Source of the DNA: Candidatus Spongiihabitans thiooxidans | GTDB lineage: Bacteria > Pseudomonadota > Gammaproteobacteria > Arenicellales > Poriferihabitantaceae | Assembly: GCA_001543005.1 (NCBI GenBank) | Contig: LFLB01000003.1 | Location: forward strand, 78,062 to 142,061 | Length of the DNA stretch: 64,000 nt | Direction: 5' to 3' | Part shown: positions 62,363 to 64,000 of the stretch, piece after piece | Layout: every line of letters begins with the position of its first letter | How positions within the stretch are numbered: position 1 is the stretch's first letter | Notes under the pieces: generated by a model | What the model saw: only the letters and a program-made list of their open reading frames with translations | Told to the model about the DNA's origin: nothing | Database searches by the model: none | Translations under genes and position numbers: made by a program

Positions 62363-62808
62363 CACCTCGTTTAGTTATTCTTTGGAACGTGGCATCGAGT
62401 ACAGGTTTTATTTAAGTATGCTCTTAAATTTATGCTCGTGCTCGTTCCTTAAAAATATAAGGGGTGCGAAGTGCACCTCGTTTAAATATTCTTGGGACGT
62501 GGCATCAAGTATAGGTTTTATTTAAGTATGCTCTTAAATTTATGCTCGTGCTCGTTCCTTAAAAATATAAGGGGTGCGAAGTGCACCTCGTTTAAATATT
62601 CTTGGGACGTGGCATCAAGTATAGGTTTTATTTAAGTATGCTCTTAAATTTATGCTCGTGCTCGTTCCTTAAAAATATAAGGGGTGCGAAGTGCACCTCG
62701 TTTAGTTATTCTTTGGAACGTGGCATCGGGTACAGGTTTTATTTGTGTATGCTCTTAAATTTATGCTCGTGCTCGTTCCTTAAAAATATTAGGGAAACGA
62801 AGTATACC
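62363..62808. repeat. Tandem array of four 110-111-bp units between puuD and puuE
   Basis: Units start with cacctcgttta at 62363, 62474, 62584 and 62694. They are near-identical, and the last merges into the puuD 3' end. Confidence 0.95.
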
Positions 62809-64000
62809 ATTGTGCAATTAAATCTCGCTCCTGTTGGGTAATTTTGGTTAAATTTCCGATGGGCATGGTTTTATTCAATACTGCGGCTTGATAAATACGA
62901 TCTGCATTGGCAATCACTTGATCGGGATTATCCATTACTAATCCAGCCGGGGGTGCAGCAAATCCTGGTTGGGTCGGTGACTCGGAATGACAGACAGTAC
63001 AACGCTTCTGGATGATCGTCTGGACCATTGAATCAATATCGATTTTTTCCTGCGTCGCCACCGTTTTCGATGTTGATGCCGATGTTGATACTGCGGTTTG
63101 CGGCACCGGCGCGGTCATCCACATGACCAGCAGCATGGCTATAAAAGCGGCGGGCAATATCCACCAGAGCGATTTGATGACCTTGCGGATATTAAAATAG
63201 TGCCTGACAGCAACACTGATTAGTGAAACGACAATGAGTATCAACCAATTCCAACTATGGCCGTAGGCGCTTGGAAAATGGTTACTGATCATCAAAAAAA
63301 GTACTGGCAGAGTCAAATAATTATTATGGGTTGATCGCAGCAAACCATTTTTTCCGACCGCAGGGTCGATGGGTCGTTGCTCCTTTAATGCAACAACCAT
63401 TTCTTTTTGGGCAGGAATAATGACAAAGAAAACATTGCCCACCATCATCGTGCCGATGGCTGCACCGACATGAATATAAGCACCACGACCACTGAATACC
63501 TCGCTTAAAAAATAAGCCAGCAATGACAGATATAAAACCAGCGTCGTGGCCAGTAACAAGGGCGTCTTGCGTAACGGCGATCGACAAAAGCCATCGTACA
63601 CAAACCATGAACCAATAACCGAAATCACCGCGATGGCAATCGCCTTGGTGGGTGTAATATCCATTACACCCGAATCAATCAAACCAGGTTTAATCAAAAA
63701 CAGGCGGGCATTAAAATAGTACACAACGATCAATAATGTTATGCCGCTTAACCAGGTGGTATATGCTTCCCACTTGAACCAATGTAACTGCGTCGGCAAT
63801 GGTTGCGGGCCGGTTTTGAATTTTTTCAGATGATAGAAACCGCCGCCATGAATGGCCCAAAGATTTCCCGCAATTTCATTATCCTTGCCCCTATCCTGTG
63901 GCGGCTTGCGCTCTAAATTATTCTCAAGCCAATTAAAATAGAACGAAGCCCCAATCCAGGCCACGCCAACAATGAAATGAATCCAGCGAATGAGTAAATT
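62789..64000 (-). CDS. puuD: Urate hydroxylase PuuD (membrane protein with C-terminal cytochrome c; 5' end off the window)
   Basis: RWIH...WIGASFYF, HGGGFY, WFKWEAY.TWLSG, RSTHNNY, ISNH, CTVCH heme motif, MPIGN. Confidence 0.93.
   Translation of the reverse strand, partial: NLLIRWIHFIVGVAWIGASFYFNWLENNLERKPPQDRGKDNEIAGNLWAIHGGGFYHLKKFKTGPQPLPTQLHWFKWEAYTTWLSGITLLIVVYYFNARLFLIKPGLIDSGVMDITPTKAIAIAVISVIGSWFVYDGFCRSPLRKTPLLLATTLVLYLSLLAYFLSEVFSGRGAYIHVGAAIGTMMVGNVFFVIIPAQKEMVVALKEQRPIDPAVGKNGLLRSTHNNYLTLPVLFLMISNHFPSAYGHSWNWLILIVVSLISVAVRHYFNIRKVIKSLWWILPAAFIAMLLVMWMTAPVPQTAVSTSASTSKTVATQEKIDIDSMVQTIIQKRCTVCHSESPTQPGFAAPPAGLVMDNPDQVIANADRIYQAAVLNKTMPIGNLTKITQQERDLIAQWYTSFP

Noticed and set aside
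62363-62808. CRISPR array
   Set aside because: Units are ~110 bp and near-identical along their whole length, with no unique spacers and no cas genes in the window.

Overview
Chromosomal window from a bacterium, most likely a marine Gammaproteobacterium (judged from the 16S/23S sequence, Zur box and gene content). A backbone of catabolic genes is repeatedly interrupted by AT-rich defence DNA and decaying genes. Backbone: TctABC transporter with a divergent SucCD-like ligase, NAD-dependent formate dehydrogenase, znuA/zur-znuCB, a complete minus-strand rRNA operon (16S-Ile-Ala-23S-5S), ald-xsc-pta (taurine/sulfoacetaldehyde), a dgcA/dgcN-like pair, malate synthase G, and puuD-puuE-alc-allA (urate to glyoxylate). 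The standout is a tightly coupled six-gene operon (8105-17733). It joins an SspBCD-type DNA phosphorothioation writer to an SF2 helicase, a MORC/GHKL ATPase and an HKD/PLD nuclease, with no recognisable SspE or PglZ; this is a candidate new PT-dependent anti-phage system. Also present: a single-chain BcgI-like R-M-TRD gene inside the xsc-pta region, a type III RM system whose Mod carries a C-terminal HEPN/DUF4145-like domain, lone HNH and GIY-YIG nucleases, an RTX/T1SS locus collapsed by deletions, IS remnants, a duplicated promoter plus N-terminus captured by a dioxygenase gene, a 5S 3'-end duplicate split by a hairpin element, a DnaA-box cluster, and a 4 x ~110-bp tandem array. All calls come from reading motifs by eye; no database searches were run.
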